DNA of 19,303 nt from Octopus sinensis. Lineage: Eukaryota. Shown piece after piece: positions 1 to 10,282 of this stretch. The position numbers were made by a program, and so were the translations under genes. The stretch lies in the NCBI RefSeq assembly GCF_006345805.1, contig NW_021824207.1, positions 1-19,303 on the forward strand, read 5' to 3'. Each line of letters begins with the position of its first letter. Positions within the stretch are counted from its first letter, which is position 1. Below the pieces are notes generated by a model, which made no database searches, was not told the origin of the DNA, and saw only the letters and a program-made list of their open reading frames with translations.

Positions 1-336
1 AAAAGAAATATAAAATGTGACTTCATTGACCGAGGTTACCGTGGTCTTTTCCGTAGGCTTTTCTTTCCACGGGTAAACCTCAACTGTCCTCCCCTTTACA
101 CTTCATATTGACATTTCTGTGATAACGATCCCTATTGATCAATTTTTTTTTCCTCGCCCCCCTTTTTTTAACCCCCCTTTTTTTGTCCACTTTCTCTCCT
201 TTTACGATCCCTTTTGATCGAAACTCCCCCCTTTCCTTTTTTTTTTTTTTCATTATTTTTTAAACCTTCAAAAGAAAAGCTCTACCTTGTAATTTGTTCT
301 ATCTGTGCGCAGCCCTGTGTGGCTAATAAAGAAACA

Positions 337-394
337 TATCTATCTATCTATCTATCTATCTATCTGTCTGTCTGTCTCTCTATCTCTCTCTCTG

Positions 395-437
<43 letters not shown>

Positions 438-456
438 CTCTATCTATCTCTCTCTG

Positions 457-523
<67 letters not shown>

Positions 524-546
524 GTCTGTCTCTCTATCTCTCTCTG

Positions 547-588
<42 letters not shown>

Positions 589-596
589 AATCTAAC

Positions 597-691
<95 letters not shown>

Positions 692-706
692 TATTTATGT
701 ATATAT
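337..706. repeat. Compound microsatellite: (TATC)n/(TC)n then (TA)n
   Basis: Read directly from the sequence; explains ORFs 214..744 and 305..595 (SIYL/YIYI low complexity). Confidence 0.97.
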
Positions 707-929
707 ACATAATCGTCATCATCATACTTGCTTGGCTCCGATAGATTATATTGAGGCAAATTTCCTGCAGCTGGATGCTCTCCCTATCGCCAACCTTCTC
801 CTCTTCTTTTCAAGGAAGCTAACAATTGCCAAGAACAAGACATGTTCCTGCAGAATGTTGGAAATAAGAGACCCTGCTTATATGACAGTGGCACTCATTT
901 ACAACTATCACACAGATGTCAAGACAAAG

Positions 930-1078
930 AGACACTCACACACACAAGCGTATACGCACTCACATATAAGATGAATACTCATATATATATATATACATAC
1001 ACACACAATGAAGTCTGTGTGTGTCTGTGCGTATATATATGTATGGATATATACATACATACACATATATATATATGC

Positions 1079-1116
<38 letters not shown>

Positions 1117-1175
1117 CTATGCATTGGGATATGTATATATTTATACACACACACACACACACATATATATACATA
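930..1175. repeat. Mixed (CA)n/(TA)n/(TG)n microsatellites
   Basis: Read directly; explains the overlapping YI/TH/CV ORFs at 842-1248. Confidence 0.93.
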
Positions 1176-1596
1176 TAAAGTAAGAAATTATAAGATGAAT
1201 ATATTTCTTTCACCAGTTACATCGTTTCACAGAAATTTTTGTGTATGATAAATCTTTTTACATGTCTGCATTAGTGTATAGGTTATAAATCATACAGTGC
1301 CATCGTACAATTTACAAAGTAAAACAGGTATAAATGACAAGCACCTCAGTTCATAGAATATCATGTTTACATCCATTCTTCAATGCAATATACATATACA
1401 AGAACAGAATTTTATTTTTAAAATATTAATGTATGGAAGACAATAATTTACAAAGCAGTTTTTTATAGAAGAGAGAAGGAGATTTAGTAAGATATCAAAA
1501 AGGAAGCAGTAAATATACATACATGCATATACACTTATATATATATATATACCTATACATATATATATATGTATATAAAAAATTAGGGTGGCTTAT

Positions 1597-2068
1597 GGGA
1601 TTACCTTGGGTTTCCCATTCATAAAGGGTTTAGCTTTGTACCGTATCGTAAGGCCCCAAAACCTGTTGGCCTAAGACCTCTTCAAAATATGGAAGGGGAA
1701 AAGCCTTGGATTTACGTTTTCTGCAAAAGATCCTTTCAGCTCCCTGGCAAGAGATTATCCCAGTGACCATGTGGTTTCTATTAAATACCTCACCATTGAA
1801 GCGTTTCTACATATTCACTGAAACCACGGGTCTCCCATAAATATGAAAGAATTTGACCTCGGATACTCCAGCAATAACATCCCCACGTCATCCAACGAAC
1901 TATACACCCGTATGCAGCTGGAAAAGCTATTGGACGGGATTAGGCGTATGAGGTGAAGGGCTTTTCCACCCTCCATATTTAGAAGAGGTCTTAGGCCAAC
2001 AGGTTTTGGGGTCTAATGATACGCCATGAAGCTAAATCCTTTTTGGACCGGAAACCAAGGGTAATCCC
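1597..2068. mobile_element. Fold-back / MITE-like element with ~110-bp imperfect inverted arms
   Basis: 1654-1683 ccccaaaacctgttggcctaagacctcttc is the exact reverse complement of 1982-2011. Similarity extends imperfectly over 1597-1705 vs 1959-2068. No coding capacity seen. Confidence 0.6.
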
Positions 2069-2262
2069 GGAAACCGGCCTTCCCCAGTTTTAAAATATAC
2101 ACTGCTCTGCATCTTAGAGTGTGCTTCTTCTCCGGATTTATCTTTTCTACAATCAAAACATATATATACATAGATATGTCATTATTCAGTTTATTTCCAG
2201 ATATTCTATTTTTCACTTTACGTCAACATCCGCTGGACAGCTAAACTATGCACAGTTTCTCT

Positions 2263-2454
2263 ATGTATGTATGTATGTATGTATGTATGTATGTATGTAT
2301 GTATGTATGTATGTATGTATGTATGTATATATGTGTGTATGTATGTATGTATGTGTGTATGTGTGTGTGTGTGTGTGCGTGTGTGTGTGTGTGCGTGCGT
2401 GTGTACGTACGCACGTCTGTCTGTATGTCTGCACACACACACACACACACACAC
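2263..2454. repeat. (TATG)n-(TG)n-(CA)n compound microsatellite
   Basis: Read directly; explains the MYVC/THTH ORFs at 2121-2477. Confidence 0.97.
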
Positions 2455-2534
2455 GTTATGATATAATTGTCACTTAGTCTACCTCAGAAATTTCACAGTG
2501 TTTTATTACAAATGAGGGATTGGGAAATGGTGTA

Positions 2535-2793
2535 TTGACCCATTTTGCATCGGACGCTTGTGGGTTGGATACTGTACAATTGGATGTGTTGCATCTTCCG
2601 GTGCAGATGCATATCATCTGGTGTCTTGTTTTACAGAAGAAACCTCACTAAATATTCTCGGTTTCGCTTGGCATGATGTTGCCAGGAGGTTGTTGGCTAT
2701 AATGCTATAATCCAAGAAACTACTGACAACAACAACATACCAAGCGACACCGAGACTCTCCCACCTGCAAGGAATCGATGCAAGATGGGTCAA
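2535..2793. repeat. Fold-back element with an ~87-bp extra segment in the left arm
   Basis: 2535-2569 pairs with 2759-2793 (ttgacccattttgcatcg / cgatgcaagatgggtcaa). 2657-2696 pairs with 2712-2754 (ctcggtttcgcttggcatgatgttg / caacaacataccaagcgacaccgag). Confidence 0.65.
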
Positions 2794-2828
2794 ACCAATG
2801 GTTGTGATGGATAAAGTTTCTCGTGAAT

Positions 2829-2901
2829 TTCATTTTACATATTCCTCATTCAACATATATATTTATATATCCAACAGTAATGTATATAAATCTCTCTCTC
2901 T

Positions 2902-2940
<39 letters not shown>

Positions 2941-2950
2941 GAATTTCCTC

Positions 2951-2987
<37 letters not shown>

Positions 2988-3023
2988 ATAATATATATAT
3001 ATATATATATAATATATATGTAT

Positions 3024-3054
<31 letters not shown>

Positions 3055-3059
3055 TATAT

Positions 3060-3095
<36 letters not shown>

Positions 3096-3184
3096 GATAT
3101 ATATATGTATATATATATATATGTATATATATATGTATATATATATATATATATATATACATATATATATACATATATATATAT

Positions 3185-3232
<48 letters not shown>

Positions 3233-3268
3233 GATATATATATATACATATATATATAGATATATAAT

Positions 3269-3299
<31 letters not shown>

Positions 3300-3300
3300 C

Positions 3301-3331
<31 letters not shown>

Positions 3332-3382
3332 TATATATATATACATATATATATTATATATATATATATATAACATATATAA

Positions 3383-3436
<54 letters not shown>

Positions 3437-3466
3437 GAGAGAGAATTCTATCAATATCATATAATT

Positions 3467-3517
<51 letters not shown>

Positions 3518-3596
3518 GTAGTGAGAGAGAGAGATTTATATACATTACGGTTGGGATATATAATATAATATTTGAATGAGGAATATGTAAAATGAA
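2829..3596. repeat. Inverted duplication centred on a ~470-bp degenerate (TA)n tract
   Basis: 2829-2958 (ttcattttacatattcctcattcaa...tctctctctcactac...gaatttcctctcacta) is the reverse complement of 3430-3596, with small indels. Confidence 0.9.
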
Positions 3597-3654
3597 GTAT
3601 ATATATATATATATACATATATATAATACATATATATAATATACATATATATAC

Positions 3655-3691
<37 letters not shown>

Positions 3692-3693
3692 GT

Positions 3694-4058
3694 AGGCGCA
3701 GGAGTGGCTGTGTGGTAAGTAGCTTGCTAACCAACCACACGTTGCGGGTTCAGTCCCACTGCGTGGCATCTTGGGCAAGTGTCTTCTGCTATAGCCCCGG
3801 GCCGACCAATGCTTTGTGAGTGGATTTGGTAGACGGAAACTGAAAGAGCCTGTCGTATATATGTATATATATGTATATGTGTTTGTGTTTGTGTGTCTGT
3901 GTTTGTCCCCCTAGCATTGCTTGACAACCGATGCTGGTGTGTTTAGGTCCCCGTCACTTAGCGGTTCGGCAAAAAGAGACCGATAAAATAAGTACTAAAA
4001 GGTGGTGCTCCAGCATGGCGCAGTCAATGACTGAAACAAGTAAAAGAGTAAAAGAGTA
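3694..4058 (+). mobile_element. tRNA-derived SINE (cephalopod type) with internal microsatellite and (AAAAGAGT) tail
   Basis: Head aggcgcaggagtggctgtgtggtaag (A-box-like) and ggttcagtccc (B-box-like), followed by ttgggcaagtg, which resembles the CORE-SINE motif. A homologous copy lies at 7755-8177 on the minus strand. Confidence 0.85.
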
Positions 4059-4134
4059 TATATACATATATATATACATATATATATTATACATATATAT
4101 ATATATATATAATATACTATATATATACATATAT

Positions 4135-4177
<43 letters not shown>

Positions 4178-4222
4178 TGTATATATATAATATATATATA
4201 TGTTATATATATATATATATGT

Positions 4223-4256
<34 letters not shown>

Positions 4257-4304
4257 TAATATATGTAATATATATATATATATGTATATATATATATTAT
4301 ATAG

Positions 4305-4342
<38 letters not shown>

Positions 4343-4414
4343 TGTATAATATATATATATATTATGTATATATATATAATATGTGTATATGTATATATAT
4401 ATATATATATATGT

Positions 4415-4490
<76 letters not shown>
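4059..4490. repeat. Degenerate (TA)n tract
   Basis: Read directly. Confidence 0.97.
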
Positions 4491-4492
<2 letters not shown>

Positions 4493-4608
4493 CTCTTTTA
4501 CTCTTTTACTTGTTTCAGTCATTTGACTGCGGCCATGCTGGAGCACCACCTTTTAGTACTTATTTTATCGGTCTCTTTTTGCCGAACCGCTAAGTGACGG
4601 GGACCTAA
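4491..4608 (-). mobile_element. Inverted copy of the 3' ~117 bp of the SINE at 3694-4058
   Basis: Reverse complement of 3943-4058, differing only by small indels. Confidence 0.9.
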
Positions 4609-5083
4609 TATATATATATATATAGATATATATATATTTATATATATATATTTGAAAGTCTCTGTGTATGTGTGTGTGCACGCGCATTAATTTCATGGTG
4701 GTGGACACTAACCACCTCAACAGTTTTAAGAACCTCTTATTAATTATAGCAACATCAAAAGAATGCTTTATAAACTTTTATTCTTCTTTACTAGTCTTGA
4801 TCTTTTAATCATGTGTTCACTCGTGTTCAGCTCCCCTAAAACTTACTATAGTTAGGAATACAGGTAGATTAAGCTGAAACAATCTATTTAGGACATCTTT
4901 ATCCTGTCTAGAACACATTCTCATAGCAACATCTAGAGGATCTTACGAAGGTTGATTTTACGGGCAAACATCAAATGTACATGATCAGTTTGATCAAGTA
5001 TACAGTAGAAGACAATAATGACACATTGATATCCATCCTGATTTTCATGTAAATTTTCATTTTCTATTTTTACTTCCACAAAG

Positions 5084-5293
5084 GGTTCTGTTCAGTTGGA
5101 TATTCAAAACAATCAGAAAAGGACACCATTGCTTGAAGCCGTTTCCTGGGGTCACCTCGGAATGACACACAAGCTAATAGCTCTGGGTGCAAATGTAAAT
5201 GCTGTTGATGGTGAGGGTAACAGCTGTTTGCACCTGGCCGTGGAAAGAGAAGTGTTTGATTCCGAGGATGCACCCTTGGATTTACTAAACGAA
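5084..5293 (+). CDS. MIB2: Internal exon (phase 0-0, 70 aa) of a MIB2-like ankyrin/RING E3 ubiquitin ligase; two ankyrin repeats
   Basis: Acceptor ttccacaaAG and donor GTAAGT at 5294. Translation GSVQLDIQNNQKRTPLLEAVSWGHLGMTHKLIALGANVNAVDGEGNSCLHLAVEREVFDSEDAPLDLLNE has ankyrin hallmarks (TPLxxA..GH, GAxVN..D..G.S.LH.A). It parallels my recollection of the last ankyrin segment of MIB2 (GRCDVN...GDTALH...PLQLL). Probably a MIB2-like paralogue; orthology is not established. An alternative in-frame acceptor exists at 5095. Confidence 0.88.
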
Positions 5294-5330
5294 GTAAGTT
5301 TTTAAATTGTTTGCGTATATATATATATAT

Positions 5331-5362
<32 letters not shown>

Positions 5363-6092
5363 CTGTGTGTGTGTCTGTGTGAATTTGTGTATTTGTGAGT
5401 CTTTGTGTGAGTGTGAGAAAGAGACAGACAAGCAGACAAACTTTGGTTGTCATGTATCAATTCTCCCCTATCAACCCCATCCTCCATTACCATTCCGTGA
5501 TCCAGTCTCCCCTTGTGACCCAAGTGATATTATGTAACAAACAATATTCCATCTCCTTTCACTCTCAAAGATGTCGTCTCACCACGGTCGAGAGGTGACC
5601 CATCTCGGTTGTTGGCCATATAAACACAGCCATCACAATGTGACGGAGAAGTGGCCTATTTAATAGAGGAGATATTATTCTCAATTAACAATGATGCAGG
5701 ATAGAAGAGATGTCTGAGCTTTATAGTGCTGGCGCCATGGTAAATACATCCAGTCCATTCTATGAAGAATTCTGAGTGAAACTGCTCTCTATCCTACTTC
5801 TTGTACACGACATGAATCCACTGACTTCTTGTGGACATGTCATAACAATGTTCAATGTTAAAACACTAGAGAATGAATACAATAAAGCATGGTCCTTAGT
5901 GAGATTTCCTGTATTTAAGTTCTGTACTTAGGCACAGACACACACACAAACACTCACACACACAAACACACACAAGTAATGATTTTCAGTTTGAGTATAT
6001 ATCTTGTAAAATGCTGTTTAAAGCCCGTTTACTGTATTCGGCTATCTGATGTCATCAACAGTATGGACTTTAATACTACTGGACTTTTTGCT

Positions 6093-6285
6093 GTCATCTC
6101 ATAAATAAAGCAGTTTTTTATAATTCTTATATTTTTCAAAATTAAGATAAACAAAGTACTTTTTTCTGTTAATCTAAAACATATTCTCCTTCATTTTCTA
6201 CAATGCTCTTCCATCTTTCTGCTAGACTTACAAGTCGCCTCTTCCAAAATTCACTTGTCCGTGATTAAAAATACTCCTCCATTAC
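6093..6285 (-). mobile_element. Mariner transposase C-terminal remnant plus 3' end/TIR-like sequence
   Basis: Minus strand 6285->6169 reads VMEEYF*SRTSEFWKRRLVSLAERWKSIVENEGEYVLD*, matching the mariner C-terminal pattern (F..GI..L..RW..IV...G.Y). It has an internal stop, so it is non-functional. Confidence 0.75.
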
Positions 6286-6878
6286 TCTTCTGACTTGACA
6301 CTAATTCCTGCTTCCTTTACTTTACCATCATCATTCAAAGATGCTTCTTGCTTAATTATGGAAACATTATTGATATGTTTGGTCATGTCTGTGTGGTATT
6401 GACTTTGTTATGTTATAGGTGTTTTTGTTTCTGATATAACTTATGTTCTTTCTTCTCATGTTGTGTTATATTTATATATACAATAATCTTTCTTATGGCC
6501 ACATGCTCGCCTTTATCAAGCCAATTATATAGATAGATTCTTGTTGGTTTGTTCTTCCTAAATTTGACTTTTCTATTGAATATATTGACAAGTAAATATT
6601 TACTCATTAATAAGCTTGATGTTAATCAATACGGTTTCTCCTGCTCAATGTAATGACAATATATTTAGAGGGTGTCTCAGTGTTGAAAATAAAGTAAAAA
6701 CATGAAAATGGGAAATGGACTCAATTAAAGATTATGTAGGAACTCAATACTTTGTAATTGCTTTAATTAGTGGATAAACAAGCTATGAGTAAATTTAGAT
6801 GAACTTTTGTGTAATTAGGGGCATTTGTTTTGAATATTTGTGTAATATTGTCATAATTTTATATTTCATCATTTGTAG

Positions 6879-7049
6879 TGCTGCACTTCCCTTAACCTGA
6901 AAGAGATGAAATGCTCTCTGGTGTAGTGGTAGGTAGATATCTCGCCAGCCAGGGAGGGACTTTCACCATAAAAACAACAATATAACACACCATTGGACCT
7001 CATTAAGGACCCAAATTTGAGAAGAAAATTAAAGCTTTTCACCACCACA
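6879..7049 (+). pseudogene. MIB2: Frameshifted internal exon of the MIB2-like gene (last ankyrin-like repeat / linker to RING)
   Basis: Acceptor catttgtAG and donor GTAAGT at 7050. Allowing about five 1-nt losses it reads CCTSLNLK.DEMLSGVVVGRYLASQG.DFHHKNNN.NTPLDLIKDPNLRRKLK.F.PPQ. It starts in phase 0 (fits 5293) and ends CA| (fits the leading A of the RING exon). True pseudogenisation vs sequence error is unresolved. Confidence 0.8.
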
Positions 7050-7754
7050 GTAAGTATTTCCTGGCAATGGAACAGATAAACCAGTACATTTTCTATTTTG
7101 TATATAATCATGTTTATATGTTTATTTCGTTTTAATTCTACCAATACATTATACTGTCGCTAGTGTTTTTGTCAAAGGCCACACAATAAAAATATGCAGT
7201 GTCAGGAGATCAAAGAAAGAACACGATTTTGATTACATTCACATGATTCGTAGTGTTGCCAGTTATACTTCACTGTCCATCACCACCTACCCCTCTTCGT
7301 TCCCTATTTTAAAGATTTGTGATCAATACGAAAATATAGATCTAAATAATGAAGTGAATGAATTCCATTTTGAAACTGTTACTTAGAATTAAGTGGAATT
7401 TATCTGTCTACCACATCTTTTTCTCACTCTTCTATGTCCGAATCAGTCAATATTAAGAATGATTTCATAGAAAAATAACCTACAAACACCACCAACTGTG
7501 TAATATTATATTTCTGCAAATACTGATGGAATATTGCCACATATCTCATAGAGAAAAAACCTGCCAGGAAACGTAAATAATTCAAGTAACACATATACCA
7601 TTACTAGGTGTTTTAGTCGCCTTTGACTCCCGTATTTTATAAGGTTTGGCAATTTCTTTGCCATACATCTCTCTGTATTAGTTACTTAAGAAGCAGACAC
7701 ATTTGCCCCTCGGTGAATATACAAAACTTTCTTTGTCTGTTGAAATTCAAATAT

Positions 7755-7959
7755 TACTCTTGTACTTGTTTCAGTCATTTGACTGCGGCCATGCTGGAGC
7801 ACTGCCTTTAGTCGAAAGATTCGACCCCAGAACTTATTCTTTGTAAGCCTAGTACTTATTTGCCGCAACGCTAGATTACGGGAATATAAACACACCAACA
7901 TCGGTTGTGAAGCGATGATGGGGACAAACACAGACAAACAAATATACACAAACCAACAA

Positions 7960-8016
<57 letters not shown>

Positions 8017-8177
8017 GCGACGGGCTTCTTTCAGGTTCCCTCTACAAATCCATTCAAAAGCATTGGTCAGTCTGAATATATAGTAGAAGTCACTTGCCCA
8101 AAGTGCCACGCAGTGGGATTGAACCCAGAACCATGTGGTTGGTAATCAAGCTACTTATCACATCTACTCCTGCGCCT
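7755..8177 (-). mobile_element. tRNA-derived SINE, same family as 3694-4058
   Basis: Reverse complement starts aggcgcaggagt...ggttcaatcccactgcgtggcactttgggcaagtg and ends gctccagcatggccgcagtcaaatgactgaaacaagta, with an internal (TA)/(TG) tract. Confidence 0.85.
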
Positions 8178-8287
8178 GTTGTTCATAGATATTGATTTTT
8201 GGACTGTACAAATATAGTTCTGTTTTCTTCAATTGACAAGCTTCAGAATACTTTATTTGCTTTTACAAATGAGTTTATGTGAATGTT

Positions 8288-8305
8288 ATATCATTATTAT
8301 TATTA

Positions 8306-8341
<36 letters not shown>

Positions 8342-8471
8342 TATTATCATTATCATTATTATTATTATTTTATAATGATGATGATGATAATAATAACAAC
8401 ACAAACAACAACAACAACAACAACAACAACAATAACAATAATAATAATAATAATGAGATAATAATAATATA

Positions 8472-8506
<35 letters not shown>
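8288..8506. repeat. Compound triplet microsatellite (ATT)n-(GAT)n-(AAC)n-(AAT)n
   Basis: Read directly; explains the poly-I/Y/N/T ORFs at 8233-8634. Confidence 0.95.
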
Positions 8507-9197
8507 AATGCCCTGATGCAGTACCAGGCAGTGGCTCTCATGGCTTCTGATCTTAACTGATTGGAAGTGTTATCATGACATTGTTTTGTCTTGGTATAAA
8601 GATGGGCTACAGCAAATATTCTGCTCAATACCACAGATTTGCTAATGCCCTGATGCAGTACCAGGCAGTGGCTCTCATGGCTTCTGATCTTAACTGATTG
8701 GTAGTGTTATCATGAAACATTGTTTTTCTTGGTATAAAAGATGGGCTACACAGCAAATATTCTGCTCAACCACAGATTTGCTAATGCCCTGATGCAGTAA
8801 CCAGGCAGTGGCTCTCATGGCTTCTGATCTTAACTGATTGGTAGTGTTATCATGTACATTGTTTTGTCTTGGTATAAAAGATGGGTTACAGCAAATATTT
8901 GCTAAATTAATACACAGATTTGCTAATGCCCTGATGCAGTACCAGCAGTGGCTCTCATGGCTTCTGATCTTAACTGATTGGTAGTGTTATCACATGAAAC
9001 TTGTTTTGTCTTGGTATAAAGATGGGCTACAGCAAATATTCTGCTCAATACCACAGATTTGCTAATGCCCTGATGCAGTACCAGGCAGTGGCTCTCATGG
9101 CTTCTGATCTTACTGATTGGTAGTGTTATCATGTACATGTTTTGTCTTGTAAAAAGATGGGCTACAGCAATATTCTGCTCAATACCCCAGATTTGCT
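8507..9197 (+). repeat. Five tandem copies of a ~134-142-bp unit
   Basis: The unit aatgccctgatgcagtaccaggcagtggctctcatggc...cacagatttgct starts at 8507, 8644, 8783, 8925 and 9064. Confidence 0.95.
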
Positions 9198-9646
9198 TGT
9201 CAGTTGTTTGACCTTACCAGTGAGCATGTCCCTTAGTGGGTGACAAAATGTGCATCTCTGATCACGAGCAGAAGTAGTGGGGGAGCATCAAAGCCATGTG
9301 TTGAGAGGGACTTTTTGGGTTTGGACAATTCACCTCTGGAAACATGGGTGTTTCGTTCAACATCCTTAAACAATCCTTATTCAGGGACCCATTTGAGCGG
9401 GATGGGCTAATCGGCCAGAAGAAAATTCTAGCTGGGCCTCACCTGCAAGGTCATGTGCTGTTTATCTTGATATGAGATCACCATGTCGCGCACATATGTT
9501 TGTGATGCATGTGTCTGGTGTACCCTTATCAGACGGGTAGTCATGATGGGTATACTGGGCTTCGCATATTTATACTCCAGTGTTATTTTTATGGTATGCT
9601 CTGCTCTCTCACTCAATAATAATAACAGTAACAATAATAATAATAA

Positions 9647-9680
<34 letters not shown>
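9064..9680 (+). mobile_element. Retroposon-like interspersed repeat with (AAT)n/(AAG)n tail; its 5' end is the tandem unit
   Basis: The fifth tandem copy continues into ~415 bp of GC-richer non-coding sequence ending ctcactc(aat)n, with (AAT)n on both flanks. I recall similar sequence as a common Octopus repeat but have not verified it. Confidence 0.5.
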
Positions 9681-9681
<1 letters not shown>

Positions 9682-9769
9682 CTACAGAGCGCAGCTGATA
9701 TTATTGGAAAGGGGAAAAATAAGGGACAGAAAACTAGAACTACATGCACGATACATATAATAAAGCCTC

Positions 9770-10106
9770 CCAAAATCATGGTGGAAAATATCTCATCAGC
9801 ATTGCTCAAATGATGTTGGCATCAGCTTTAAGATATACCGAAGGCCTGGCCCCGTATTATCTGCCCACAACATAAATCAAACTCGCATCACACATAACAA
9901 CAATACGGCAAAATTATTTCACCTCAAGTGGACCCGGTCCATTTAGCATTACACCAAAATACATTAAAGCAGAAAAAGACCCCCATAAAGTTCATGAAGT
10001 ATTTGGAAAAATCCTTCAAGAAATCCCGGATAAAACTCCAACACCAGGATATGTCCCCGTAAACAGCAACTCTCTCCTCGAGTGGGTCATGTTGTCCGCA
10101 TCCTGA
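9770..10106 (+). mobile_element. CR1/L2-clade LINE ORF2 C-terminal remnant
   Basis: 9897-10106 reads TTIRQNYFTSSGPGPFSITPKYIKAEKDPHKVHEVFGKILQEIPDKTPTPGYVPVNSNSLLEWVMLSAS*. This resembles the CR1-like ORF2 ending (GP.LFN.LP...IPD.P..PGY....NSL..W). Upstream frameshifted bits (NDVGISFK) fit the same region. Confidence 0.6.
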
Positions 10107-10176
10107 TTCGCCCGGTAGTGGGATTATGTTAAACATGACCTGCGCTAATACTGGCCGAAACCTATCATGCATACAT

Positions 10177-10221
<45 letters not shown>

Positions 10222-10226
10222 AGATA

Positions 10227-10282
10227 TATCATCATCATCATCATCATCGTTTAACATCCGTTTTCCGTGGTAGCACGGGTTG
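10227..10282 (-). mobile_element. Short 3'-end fragment of the (CAT)n-flanked repeat family
   Basis: (cat)n cgtttaacatccgttttccgtggtagcacgggttg matches the starts of the copies at 14250, 16447 and 18903. Confidence 0.6.

Noticed and set aside
732-974. 80-aa ORF with non-repetitive sequence as a possible upstream ankyrin exon
   Set aside because: No ankyrin or MIB motif in any frame I read, and no convincing splice-site pair; it runs into a (CA)n tract.
214-4597. Many long ORFs rich in YI, SIYL, CV, TH or MYVC
   Set aside because: They are translations of (TA)n, (TATC)n, (TG)n and (TATG)n tracts that simply lack stop codons.
5400-5900. GC-richer patch after the ankyrin exon as a candidate exon
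   Set aside because: All frames I read hit stops quickly or give no recognisable motif, and the expected next exon was found at 6879-7049.
8507-9197. Regularly spaced direct repeats as a CRISPR array
   Set aside because: The units are contiguous with no unique spacers, are ~138 bp long, and sit in a eukaryotic intron with no cas genes.
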